Assembly: GCF_000148385.1 (NCBI RefSeq)
Contig: NC_014537.1
Location: 1,260,001 to 1,292,000 of the forward strand
Length of the DNA: 32,000 nucleotides
Source: Vulcanisaeta distributa DSM 14429
GTDB taxonomy: Archaea > Thermoproteota > Thermoprotei > Thermoproteales > Thermocladiaceae
Direction: 5' to 3'
Part shown: positions 1 through 8,837 of the stretch, piece by piece
Position numbering within the stretch: position 1 is the first letter of the stretch
Layout of the letters: the number at the start of each line of letters is the position of its first letter
Notes under the pieces: generated by a model
Databases searched by the model: none
The model's input: the letters and a program-made list of their open reading frames with translations, nothing else
What the model was told of the DNA's origin: nothing
Translations under genes and position numbers: made by a program

Positions 1-432
1 GCCAATGCTATTCATGGAATAGAGAATCTCCCTTAATCTTGCAGCATCGGCTGGGTGGTGCACCGTGAATACGTGACTCCCCTCAATTGGTATGCTTGGT
101 ATTGCTGGAACAGCGCCCGTGGCAAGCACTAGGTAGTCCCATTGCACCTTGTTACCCTTATCCGTAACCACGTAGTTCGGGCCGACCTCAATGACTGCTT
201 CACTAACCCTAACATCAATACCTCTCTCCCTCCGGAAGTAATCCGGTGTATAATGCATGAATAATTCGTAATTATCAAATAGGCCCTCAAGGTAGTACGG
301 AATTCCACAGGGCGCGTGGCTAACCATGCTTGTCCTCTCAAAGACAACAACCTCAAGATCACGCCTCAACCTCCTTATTCTAGATGCTGCGCTCATGCCT
401 GCAGCGCCGCCACCAATTATTACGACCCTCAT
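1..432 (-). CDS. Pyridine nucleotide-disulfide oxidoreductase, CoA-disulfide reductase/NADH oxidase family (N-terminal 144 codons; rest lies outside window)
   Basis: Not in ORF track because it runs off the window. Reverse complement from ATG (comp. 430-432) reads MRVVIIGGGAAGMSAASRIRRLRRDLEVVVFERTSMVSHAPCGIPYY... and stays open to base 1. It has the GxGxxG FAD fold and the SHAPCGIPY redox-Cys motif typical of archaeal CoADR/NADH oxidases. Confidence 0.8.
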   Translation of the reverse strand, partial: MRVVIIGGGAAGMSAASRIRRLRRDLEVVVFERTSMVSHAPCGIPYYLEGLFDNYELFMHYTPDYFRRERGIDVRVSEAVIEVGPNYVVTDKGNKVQWDYLVLATGAVPAIPSIPIEGSHVFTVHHPADAARLREILYSMNSIG

Positions 433-470
433 ACTGCCGTGAATTAAGAAAGAAAAAATAAATTATACCC

Positions 471-493
471 TTTTAAATCCAGCATGCGTGGAT
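471..493 (+). promoter_or_regulatory. TATA-like box TTTTAAA plus adjacent 5-bp inverted repeat ATCCA-N7-TGGAT over the expected TSS
   Basis: Read directly. The box is at 471-477, the IR at 477-493 and the ATG at 498. Confidence 0.3.
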
Positions 494-497
494 TCAA

Positions 498-1058
498 ATG
501 CATGATGGCAATACCAATGATAAATTATCGAAGATAATCGATATGATGAGGGAGCTCGAGAGGTACCTAGCCATTTTATACGGCATAGCCGCCTCAAGCA
601 CCAATGAACCATTTATAAGCGCAATAATGAGGAAGATAAGCATTGAATCGGCAATGCATAATTATATATTAACGACGATAAAGGAGCTGATCCGTGAATG
701 CCCGCCAAAGAAGGTCTTTGACATGGAGACATTGGCATCACTGCAGGGAAGTATTGAGGAGGCAATAACACATACTAAGTCATTAATTGATTACATAAAC
801 TCAATGGAGAAGGTTCATTATGACACAACGAACGTAATAATTGATAAGTTAAATGAGTTGGAGGATTACGAGGATAATGCGGTGAGAGTCTACAGTTTTC
901 TATTGAGGAGCTACCTACCGATTACAAGTACAAGAATGGATGCTAGACATAGGGCAGCCTCGAAGCTCATAGTTAAGTTGCTTAAGGGTATATCAGACGA
1001 TGAGAAGCACCATAGTGAGCTTCTCCAGGTTATTAGGGAATACTCACTAAAGCGTTAA
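498..1058 (+). CDS. Hypothetical helical protein, possibly ferritin-like/rubrerythrin-like four-helix bundle
   Basis: ATG lies about 24 nt downstream of the TTTTAAA box at 471-477. The protein is helical with E/H motifs (SIESAMH, DDEKHHSELL). Family not recognised with certainty. Confidence 0.55.
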   Translation: MHDGNTNDKLSKIIDMMRELERYLAILYGIAASSTNEPFISAIMRKISIESAMHNYILTTIKELIRECPPKKVFDMETLASLQGSIEEAITHTKSLIDYINSMEKVHYDTTNVIIDKLNELEDYEDNAVRVYSFLLRSYLPITSTRMDARHRAASKLIVKLLKGISDDEKHHSELLQVIREYSLKR

Positions 1059-1106
1059 TTTGCCTAATACAGAAAGGAATTAAAGTGCTTAGTCCAGGTC
1101 GAGACC

Positions 1107-2669
1107 GTGAAGAGACCAGGGCTTTTCCTTAGGGAGTCCACGGGACTTGTTAGGGAGATTGGTCCCTGGACAGCCCTGCTCATGAATACTGCATTCATTG
1201 CCTTCCAGTCAGGGTTTATACTGTTGGTATCTAGTATGTTCAATTTCCCTTTGGGAAATCCATTAATGGCTATAGTAATTAGTGCATTATTATTCCTACC
1301 ACTAACAATATTGCTCAATAGGGTTGGCATCACGTATTACAGGACAGCTAGTGACTACATATTCATAACGAGGAATCTACACCCATCCGTAGGCTTTGCC
1401 ACAATGTTTATGTTCGTGATTGATCAAATGTTCTTTAACGCCGTATTAATAAGCCTCGGTTTAATCACAGGACTAGCACCTGCGATGATCGCCATTGGCC
1501 TTTCAAATAATGCACCCTACCTAATATCCCTTGGCAACTCACTAATGAGTAATCCATTAATGATATTCATAATGGGCTCCATGATATTCGCAATCATTGT
1601 ATTAATTAACATAGCATCATCAAGGGCAGGTACGTATTTAGCATCGGCAATCTCATTATTTGGCATAATAACATTTGCATTAACAATAATATTATTTTAC
1701 GTGTACGCGCCGCAAATAATTAACGCAGTAAATACCGCAGCGCCCAATATATTGAGTCAGGCTGTTTCTGTATCGAGAGAATTACCGAGTAATGGCGTTA
1801 TTATGGATACGATATACCTAATACCGTACCTAGCCTACGTATTTCCCTTCGTAAACTTCATACTATCAGTTGGCGGTGAGGTTAGGAGGGGTAACGCGGT
1901 GCCCATTGCCATATTTGGAACCTACGCCATAAGCACCGCATTCCTAATACTCAGCGTGTGGGTTACGGTTTCGTCATTAGGTATTAATAAGTTGAATGGG
2001 TTATTTGCAATATACTACGGCCTAGCCAGCGGTGTTTCATGGCCAAGCTCATTACCGCCGCCATACCCACAGGCCTTGCTCATAATGGCGTTGAGGAACC
2101 CCGTGCTTCAGTGGTTGATAGCCATTGGCTCATTTACCTGGTATGTAAATGTCGTCTCAGTACTGGTGATACAAATAGCAAGGTACATCCTCGCCCTATC
2201 CTTCGATAGGGTATTACCATCAGTTCTCGCATACGTAAGCCCGAGGACCCACACACCAATTATTGCCCACGTAACGGACCTAGTAATAACCCTAGTAATA
2301 ATGTACCTGTACAACTTCAGTATAGTCCCGTTATTATCAGCTACGATGGACGTAAGCACCCTGGTAACAATACTCATGTACTTCATGGTAATAACCATAA
2401 CAGCCATAGTGCTTGGTATAAGGACAGGGACGATGAGGACTGCAGTACTTGGTATCTACATGACCGCATTATTCGCATGGATTGCCTATGAGGAAGTCAT
2501 GAACCCAATGGCATACCTATTCGTACCATCAATAAACACCTACATAATAGGATTCTTCGCGGCACTATTCGTAATCGGCATCACGATTTACTACGCAGTC
2601 AGACTTTATAGGCTTAAGAGGGAGAGCATTGACATAAACATGCTATTCAAGGAGATACCGCCTGAATGA
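1107..2669 (+). CDS. APC-superfamily amino acid/polyamine permease
   Basis: 520 aa with hydrophobic helices throughout (roughly 12). The N-terminal LRESTGLVREIGPWTALLMNTAFIAFQSG resembles the permease N-terminal signature region. GTG start. Confidence 0.75.
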   Translation: MKRPGLFLRESTGLVREIGPWTALLMNTAFIAFQSGFILLVSSMFNFPLGNPLMAIVISALLFLPLTILLNRVGITYYRTASDYIFITRNLHPSVGFATMFMFVIDQMFFNAVLISLGLITGLAPAMIAIGLSNNAPYLISLGNSLMSNPLMIFIMGSMIFAIIVLINIASSRAGTYLASAISLFGIITFALTIILFYVYAPQIINAVNTAAPNILSQAVSVSRELPSNGVIMDTIYLIPYLAYVFPFVNFILSVGGEVRRGNAVPIAIFGTYAISTAFLILSVWVTVSSLGINKLNGLFAIYYGLASGVSWPSSLPPPYPQALLIMALRNPVLQWLIAIGSFTWYVNVVSVLVIQIARYILALSFDRVLPSVLAYVSPRTHTPIIAHVTDLVITLVIMYLYNFSIVPLLSATMDVSTLVTILMYFMVITITAIVLGIRTGTMRTAVLGIYMTALFAWIAYEEVMNPMAYLFVPSINTYIIGFFAALFVIGITIYYAVRLYRLKRESIDINMLFKEIPPE

Positions 2670-2671
2670 AC

Positions 2672-2974
2672 TTAATTCACCTCCATCGTAAATGCATCAA
2701 TTATTTTACCACCCCTAATCCTAATGACCGTTTCAAGGGACTTATCCCTAACAATTACGGTTATCACACCATACTCATAATCAATAAACGACGCCCTCCA
2801 ATCATAATTAAGCTCCACTAACTCACCATCCTTCCAAACACCAATCACACTAGGATCGGCATGAACTACAGACATACCATTACCCACAACGCACCTCCTC
2901 CTAACCAACTTAACGAAATAACCAAGTCCACTGGCCACCAACACCTCCCTGTTACACCTCATTAACTCACCCAA
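2672..2974 (-). CDS. Hypothetical protein
   Basis: 100-aa ORF filling the gap between convergent and divergent neighbours. The track start is TTG; the ATG at 2962 (MRCNREV...) is more likely. No motif recognised. Confidence 0.45.
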   Translation of the reverse strand: MGELMRCNREVLVASGLGYFVKLVRRRCVVGNGMSVVHADPSVIGVWKDGELVELNYDWRASFIDYEYGVITVIVRDKSLETVIRIRGGKIIDAFTMEVN

Positions 2975-3085
2975 TTCTTTAACATGGACTTGACGTAAGG
3001 ATTCACGAAGCGCCTTTTAAGGGTTCCCACTCAGGGAGAGAATAATCGAAACGCCTATATAGCGCTAAGGCGTTAGTTATCTGAA

Positions 3086-4327
3086 GTGCGGATAAACCCA
3101 GCACTATGCATTAGGTGTAGGGGGGAATATAACCTATGTGGCCTATCCTACTGTCCAGTCCTGGCGGAATTACGTGCAAAGTACACGCTTAAGAATGTCG
3201 TTAATAGGGAGCGTGTTGATGGGTCTTCACCGCCAAGCATATTTGTTGGGCGTATTGGATATCCGAAGGTTAATGTCTATCCAGCGATACCGCCTATTCA
3301 TGGCGATACCAGCAATCTTGAGAACCCAAAGACCTGGCTGAATATGAAGCTCGAGGACTTCATATCAAGTAGGCTATCATTAATTAGGGGGTCTATCAAG
3401 GTCAGGGTTGGGGACGCTAGGAACCCGCCCAGGGCGCTCCATGATGTGCAGGTCATGGCATTATCAAGCGGGCCGGTGGATTCTGAGTTAGTGCTTGAGA
3501 GGCCTGTGGGTGTTAGGTACGTGTTTGACGAGCACTCACCACCCTTTGGACCATCATCACCACTGCGGGAGTTAAAGGTGGACTCATTACCGCCACCGCC
3601 GAGGATTGTTGATAAGGTATACAGCGACACTGATCTGAATGCTACGGAGGCCATTTGGAGTCTATATAGCCATGGTATTGACGTGCACCACATATCAAGG
3701 CTATTAAGCGTTGGCGCCCTTGGTGTTGGTAAGAGGAGGAGGCTAGTGCCGACTAGGTGGTCGATAACCGCCGTTGATAAGCATGTCTCCGATAAATTAC
3801 TCAGTGAGGTTCGCGATTACCCACTTATAAGTGAGTATAGGGTTTACGTAAGGAGCATCAGGGATAACACATTCATAGGAATTCTCGCACCACACACCTG
3901 GCTCTATGAGTGGGCTGAGGCTTGGTGGCCTGGCTCGACATGGAATGTGTGGGGTGGTGATGTGGTTCTTGAGCTTGATTATGAGGGTTATTGGGGTCGT
4001 GATGATTACCCATCAATAGGTGGTTGTTACTATGCGGCTAGGATAGCAGTACTTGAGGCGTTACGCTCAATGCGTAGGCAGGCTGCGGTGATATTATGGC
4101 GTGAGATTTACCCAGGCTTTAACCTGCCCATTGGTGTTTGGTGGGTTAGGGAGAATATTAGGGCTATGTTCAATGGTCCATACGAGAGGTTTTACGATCT
4201 AAGGGATGCCCTTAATTACGTGGCTGGCTTCCTAAGGCTACCAATAAGTACCTGGGTATCTAGGTCTTACGTGATTAAGGTCCTAACTAAGCAATCAAGC
4301 CTAGTTAATTGGTTGGGCGGTAGGTAA
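3086..4327 (+). CDS. Nre-family archaeal DNA repair protein
   Basis: The N-terminal Cys cluster CIRCRGEYNLCGLSYCPVL and the ~410 aa length are typical of the Nre (DUF650/DUF651) family. C-terminal PIP-like QSSLVNWL (4292-4315). GTG start. Confidence 0.8.
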   Translation: MRINPALCIRCRGEYNLCGLSYCPVLAELRAKYTLKNVVNRERVDGSSPPSIFVGRIGYPKVNVYPAIPPIHGDTSNLENPKTWLNMKLEDFISSRLSLIRGSIKVRVGDARNPPRALHDVQVMALSSGPVDSELVLERPVGVRYVFDEHSPPFGPSSPLRELKVDSLPPPPRIVDKVYSDTDLNATEAIWSLYSHGIDVHHISRLLSVGALGVGKRRRLVPTRWSITAVDKHVSDKLLSEVRDYPLISEYRVYVRSIRDNTFIGILAPHTWLYEWAEAWWPGSTWNVWGGDVVLELDYEGYWGRDDYPSIGGCYYAARIAVLEALRSMRRQAAVILWREIYPGFNLPIGVWWVRENIRAMFNGPYERFYDLRDALNYVAGFLRLPISTWVSRSYVIKVLTKQSSLVNWLGGR

Positions 4328-5158
4328 ATGAATAACATAATTAAATTGGGCAATACCATTGTGAGGGAGATAAGGGTTAAGACTGCATTATCAAGGTCGG
4401 GCCTGCCGGAGTACGACTATGCACTAAACCCATACCTTGGTTGTCAGCATGGCTGTGTTTATTGCTATGCCATGGACTTCACGAAGGGCGAGCCAGGCAT
4501 TAAGTGGGGTGAGGTAGTCTATGTCAAGGTTAACTTAATACAAGCGCTACTGAGAGACATCAGGAGATTTAAGCCAGGCATTGTCGGTGTGTCCACAATA
4601 ACTGACCCGTACCAACCCGTGGAGTCCAGGTATAAATTAACCAGGAGAGCCATTGAAGTACTATGTAATGCAGGCTACCACGTTAGTATCCAGACTAAGT
4701 CAGCATTAATCATTAGGGATTTAGACGTAATTAATAAGTGCAGTAAGTCAATCGATGTGGGTTTCACAATAACCACAATGAGGAATACTTACAGAATCAT
4801 AGAACCAATGGCCGCACACCCAATGGCAAGGGCATCGGCACTCAGGAAAATAGCCAGCCTAGGCATCGAGACCTGGATATTCCTGGGCCCACTAATACCC
4901 GGTATAAACGATAAGGTGGAGGATTACGAATCAGTGATACGCCTAGCCAAGGAAACAAACTCGCAGGTAATAATCGATAGGTTCAGGCCAAGATCAGTCG
5001 TAATCAAGTTCATGAGCAGGAGGTTAAGCCCCATATACCCAGTGACCAGGGATTGGTGGATCAAGACCCTAAACTCAATAATGAAAATATGTAGGGACTA
5101 CGGTGTTAACTGTATCACGGCAGAGGATGAATGGGAAGCAAGCCGAAAAATGAGGTAA
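4328..5158 (+). CDS. Radical SAM protein, SplB-like (DNA repair photolyase-type)
   Basis: CQHGCVYC (CxxxCxxC, aa 39-46). 276 aa. ATG directly abuts the Nre stop codon. Confidence 0.8.
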   Translation: MNNIIKLGNTIVREIRVKTALSRSGLPEYDYALNPYLGCQHGCVYCYAMDFTKGEPGIKWGEVVYVKVNLIQALLRDIRRFKPGIVGVSTITDPYQPVESRYKLTRRAIEVLCNAGYHVSIQTKSALIIRDLDVINKCSKSIDVGFTITTMRNTYRIIEPMAAHPMARASALRKIASLGIETWIFLGPLIPGINDKVEDYESVIRLAKETNSQVIIDRFRPRSVVIKFMSRRLSPIYPVTRDWWIKTLNSIMKICRDYGVNCITAEDEWEASRKMR

Positions 5159-5168
5159 GCACTAGGTT

Positions 5169-5195
5169 AATGTGGGAAGATTTAAAAAATGTGGG
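5169..5195 (+). promoter_or_regulatory. Direct repeat AATGTGGG x2 flanking the A/T box of the vapBC promoter
   Basis: AATGTGGG at 5169-5176 and 5188-5195. ATTTAAAAAA lies between them. ATG at 5210. Confidence 0.3.
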
Positions 5196-5209
5196 TCTAT
5201 TAATGCTTA

Positions 5210-5461
5210 ATGGGGAGTGTGGTTAAAATAGACAATAGGGGTAGAATTAGGCTGCCTGGAAGACTTGCTAAGTATGGCTCAGTGATTATAATTGATGTGG
5301 GTGAGTATTTCATAGGCATACCCATACCTAAGGATCCATTAACTGCAACATCTGGTATCATAAAGAGTGAGAAGAGTGTTGGAGAATTGAAAAAAGAGGC
5401 TGAGGAAGAGGCCGCTAAGGACGCCTTGGAAAGGGCTAGGAGGATGGGTCATGCTGATTGA
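5210..5461 (+). CDS. vapB: AbrB/SpoVT-type antitoxin
   Basis: VKIDNRGRIRLPGRL swapped-hairpin motif. 11-nt overlap with the downstream PIN gene. Confidence 0.8.
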   Translation: MGSVVKIDNRGRIRLPGRLAKYGSVIIIDVGEYFIGIPIPKDPLTATSGIIKSEKSVGELKKEAEEEAAKDALERARRMGHAD

Positions 5462-5870
5462 GACGGACGTATTAGTGGCCCATTTAAAGGATAAGGATTG
5501 GCTTAAGAATGTGGCTGATAGGTTATTGCTACGTGTTGCCAATGGGGATTTCGGTGAGGTCTTGGTAAGTAGGGAGGTTATTCATGAGATTTATTATGTG
5601 TTAAGCCGTGCTGGACTTAGTAAGCGTGAGATACTGAATAGGGTTGGTGCATTAACGCAGATACCAAACCTTAAATGGATTCCAACAACTGTGGACATAG
5701 ACCTACTAGCCTTGGCCCTAATGGATCAGTATGGCCTTACATCAATTTTTGATGCTTATAACGCAGCCACATGCCTATTGTACGATAGGGATAGGAAGAT
5801 AATATCCACGGACAGCGTGTATGATAGGGTTGTGGGCCTGGCTAGAATTGATCCTAGGAGTCTCGTTTAG
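5451..5870 (+). CDS. vapC: PIN-domain ribonuclease toxin
   Basis: MLIETDVLV (D6), EVIHEIYY, SIFDAYNAA and ISTDSVYD give the four-acidic-residue PIN pattern. Coupled to the upstream antitoxin. Confidence 0.85.
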   Translation: MLIETDVLVAHLKDKDWLKNVADRLLLRVANGDFGEVLVSREVIHEIYYVLSRAGLSKREILNRVGALTQIPNLKWIPTTVDIDLLALALMDQYGLTSIFDAYNAATCLLYDRDRKIISTDSVYDRVVGLARIDPRSLV

Positions 5871-5928
5871 TGTTGCGTACTTAGAAACCTTTATTAATTA
5901 GGTCGTTGACTCACACTCGGCGAATTCA

Positions 5929-6783
5929 GTGGCTCAGGTTGGGAATGAGGAGCAAATAATTAGGGAGATAATGAATGCGTTGTCGGGTTCTGCGCGTTAT
6001 ATGGCTGATGAGATTAAGGGCACGTTCTCTAAGTACGTTGACATTTACAGAAGCGTCTCAGGCTTCGAGACGCAACAGGTTAGCCTTGGCACTGTTGAGA
6101 ATAAGAGGGTCTTCCTAATTCAATCATCAATCACGGAACCCAATTATGACCCAAATAATTACCTCGTGAACGCCTTCAAAAACTTCTTCAACATTAATGA
6201 GAATTTCTACCCAACATACCTAATGGGCGGTATTGAATGTTACATGCAGTCAACACCGAGTGAGTCTACGGGCGTTAAGGTTAGTGGTTCAATGGTATCC
6301 ATCTATAATGGTGTTGAGAGTGTCGAGGATAAGGACATGGGCCAGGTGGTTTGTGCTAAGAAGGCCAGTATTAAGTTCTCAGACAATGTGACCAGCGAGG
6401 TAAGTGCTAGCCCTGGCGATTTATTTAGGGCCGCCTTTGACGTAATTAATAGCGTTAGGAGTAGGTTTGGTAATATTCGTGACGATTTCGTAAATACCTA
6501 CGGCTTCGAGCCGGGCGACATAACATTAACGGGTAACGAGGTTATGCTCAGCACGTTGTTTGACCTGAGCATGTCAAGTACGATGAGGGATTATATACAA
6601 AGAGTCTTCTCAAGTATTGTTCCGGGACAAGCACCAGAATTAATGGGTTTAGGCCTACTTTGTGGTGCACAGCCTGACCTCGTCTTCTCATACGATGATA
6701 TGGAGAGAATACTCGTACTTGGTCACCCGCATAAGGTTAGCTCTGGCGATTGCCTTAAGTACTCAATAATTAAGTACGCGTGA
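5929..6783 (+). CDS. Hypothetical protein (no recognisable domain)
   Basis: 284-aa ORF with a GTG start. S/N/V-rich, no TM segment, no motif recognised. Confidence 0.6.
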   Translation: MAQVGNEEQIIREIMNALSGSARYMADEIKGTFSKYVDIYRSVSGFETQQVSLGTVENKRVFLIQSSITEPNYDPNNYLVNAFKNFFNINENFYPTYLMGGIECYMQSTPSESTGVKVSGSMVSIYNGVESVEDKDMGQVVCAKKASIKFSDNVTSEVSASPGDLFRAAFDVINSVRSRFGNIRDDFVNTYGFEPGDITLTGNEVMLSTLFDLSMSSTMRDYIQRVFSSIVPGQAPELMGLGLLCGAQPDLVFSYDDMERILVLGHPHKVSSGDCLKYSIIKYA

Positions 6784-6801
6784 TTTTACCGTAACTTGAT
6801 G

Positions 6802-7596
6802 TCACGCACTTAAAACCTCACCACCTTTTTCCCTTATTGCCGATATGAGGAAGTTAAGGACCCTATTAATCTCATCCTCAGCGCTCTTAATATCTTCAGA
6901 GCTAACATACACGTGAACCTCAACTAATGGAGCCCTAATCTCATGGCCCTTGGGGTGGCTTTTGATGTATATTCTATTGCTCATCTTCATACCCTTCTCA
7001 ATTATTGGCGCTAGGTCAGCCTCGGGGACTCCCTTAACTGTTATCGATTTCTCAACGAAATGAAGCCTAGGCCCCATCTCACGTAGTCTTGGCTCCACGT
7101 AATTCTCAAATATCGCCATCATTTCAGCTGGGACTCCAGGTAACGCAATAATAATCGTGTTACCCTCCTCAACCCAAATACCTGGTGCAGTACCAACGGG
7201 ATTCGGCAATGGCTTAGCGCCCTCGGGCATTTTTGCCTGCTTAAGCCTAGGCTCAGTAAGCTCTAGACCTCTTGATTTAAATGTCTCAACCACGAGCCTA
7301 AGCGCCTCATCATTAATCACATACTTCCTATTCAAGGCCTTAGCCAGGTACTCGCTTGTCCTGTCATCAAATGTTGGTCCTAAACCACCTGTTGAAATAA
7401 CAACCCTAATACCTCTCTTAATGGCATCTCTGAACACCTCAACTTCATCCTCCTCACTATCCGGCACGGTTATTATCCTCCTAACGTCATAGCCAAGAAG
7501 TGTTAGCTTTCTTGCGAGCCATGAAGCGTTTGTGTTTACGGTCTTTCCAATGAGTAATTCATTACCTATTGATATGATCCATGCCGTATAACTCAT
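6802..7596 (-). CDS. CinA-like MoCF-binding domain protein (COG1058 type)
   Basis: IISIGNELLIGKTVNTNASWLA, STGGLGPTFDDRT, PNPVGTAPG and LPGVPAEM motifs. Confidence 0.8.
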   Translation of the reverse strand: MSYTAWIISIGNELLIGKTVNTNASWLARKLTLLGYDVRRIITVPDSEEDEVEVFRDAIKRGIRVVISTGGLGPTFDDRTSEYLAKALNRKYVINDEALRLVVETFKSRGLELTEPRLKQAKMPEGAKPLPNPVGTAPGIWVEEGNTIIIALPGVPAEMMAIFENYVEPRLREMGPRLHFVEKSITVKGVPEADLAPIIEKGMKMSNRIYIKSHPKGHEIRAPLVEVHVYVSSEDIKSAEDEINRVLNFLISAIREKGGEVLSA

Positions 7597-7692
7597 TGTA
7601 ATTAGCGCTTAAGACCCACTTAAAATGCCTTTGTAGTGGTTAACAAGGACATGTTAATAAATGGGTTAGTAATTATTGTACTCTGATTTAGT

Positions 7693-7938
7693 ATGAGGAG
7701 GTTCGCAATAATAATCCTGGACTTGGATGATGTACATCCTGAGGAGGACGATAAGGTTCGCCTAATTAGGATGATTGAGGAATCCCTACAGTGGTGGCAT
7801 GGCTACCTGGGGCAGAGCGATAGGTTGGGGCTTGATAAGTGGAAGGTTTATTACGTTGAGTGGGGTGATGAATTAATGGTTGCCAGGGTGCTCAACGCAC
7901 TTGGTAAGTTTAGGGAATACATAAAGGGCGAGTTGTGA
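7693..7938 (+). CDS. Hypothetical small protein
   Basis: 81-aa ORF, acidic N-terminal half, no motif recognised. Convergent with the recombinase gene (14-nt gap). Confidence 0.45.
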   Translation: MRRFAIIILDLDDVHPEEDDKVRLIRMIEESLQWWHGYLGQSDRLGLDKWKVYYVEWGDELMVARVLNALGKFREYIKGEL

Positions 7939-7952
7939 CTATGGTGTTAAAA

Positions 7953-8753
7953 TCATTCAATTCTTGCTTCCTCATAACCACAATTAGGGCAGTGAAGCAC
8001 GTACTTAATGCCATACTTACCATCAACCTGGATCAATGCCTTATCAGCAATAACCATCCTATGCAGACAGCGTGGGCATGTGTAATTACCCCTATAACCA
8101 TGCTTACTTAATATCCTCCTCACTGCATAAAGGCTAATACCCAACTTAGTCGATATAGCCCTTTGACTCAAGCCCTCACTATATAGTCTTAAAACCTCCC
8201 TAACTAATTCGCTCGGCATTAAGTCTACCTTAGAGACAATCTTACCCTCAGCCCTAAGCCTCTCCATTGCTGCCCTAGTCCTCTGCCTAATGAACTCCCT
8301 CTCCATGGATGCCACGAAGGCCAATACAGTCCTTAAGAACTGCCTATATGCACCATCCAGGTTTTGAAGCACAGCCTCCTTCTCACTGGTACTAACTATG
8401 AGCAGACCAAGCCGATTCTCAACGATATCTAAGAGCCTAAAGAGCTCCTGGAAATTCCTAACGAGCCTCGATGTTTCATAGACCAGGAGAACCATTGGTC
8501 TAGGGCTAAGTGCATTACCCTCAATGTCACTGATTAAATTCCTAAAGGCTGGCCTATCCATTATCGGTGAGGCCCCACTAACTGCCTCATCAATGTAGAA
8601 CTTCAATATATGAAAACCCCTTGACCCACTCCACCGCTTTAGATACTCAACCTGGTTAGTTGGGTCCTGCATCTCAGTGGATACTCTAACGTATGCTACA
8701 GCAGGAATCACAACAACGGATTTATTGTAAATGCCTTTTAAATGATACACCAA
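7953..8753 (-). CDS. Serine recombinase (resolvase/invertase type) with HTH and C-terminal zinc ribbon
   Basis: AVAYVRVSTEMQ (catalytic Ser), VYETSRLVRN, REFIRQRT, HTH LSQRAISTKLGISLYAVRRIL, then CPRC...x25...CPNC. TTTATAAA box at 8783-8790 upstream. Confidence 0.85.
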   Translation of the reverse strand: MVYHLKGIYNKSVVVIPAVAYVRVSTEMQDPTNQVEYLKRWSGSRGFHILKFYIDEAVSGASPIMDRPAFRNLISDIEGNALSPRPMVLLVYETSRLVRNFQELFRLLDIVENRLGLLIVSTSEKEAVLQNLDGAYRQFLRTVLAFVASMEREFIRQRTRAAMERLRAEGKIVSKVDLMPSELVREVLRLYSEGLSQRAISTKLGISLYAVRRILSKHGYRGNYTCPRCLHRMVIADKALIQVDGKYGIKYVLHCPNCGYEEARIE

Positions 8754-8837
8754 GATATTATCAACTGCGAAGTATTCCTCGATTTATAAATAATATAGAT
8801 AATAATGCTTAAAAACCATAGCCTATTTAGCCGATAA

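Noticed and set aside
129-362. 77-aa minus-strand ORF from the track
   Set aside because: It is in the wrong frame of the genuine CoADR/NADH-oxidase-like gene. That gene occupies 1-432 on the same strand and has clear FAD and redox-Cys motifs.
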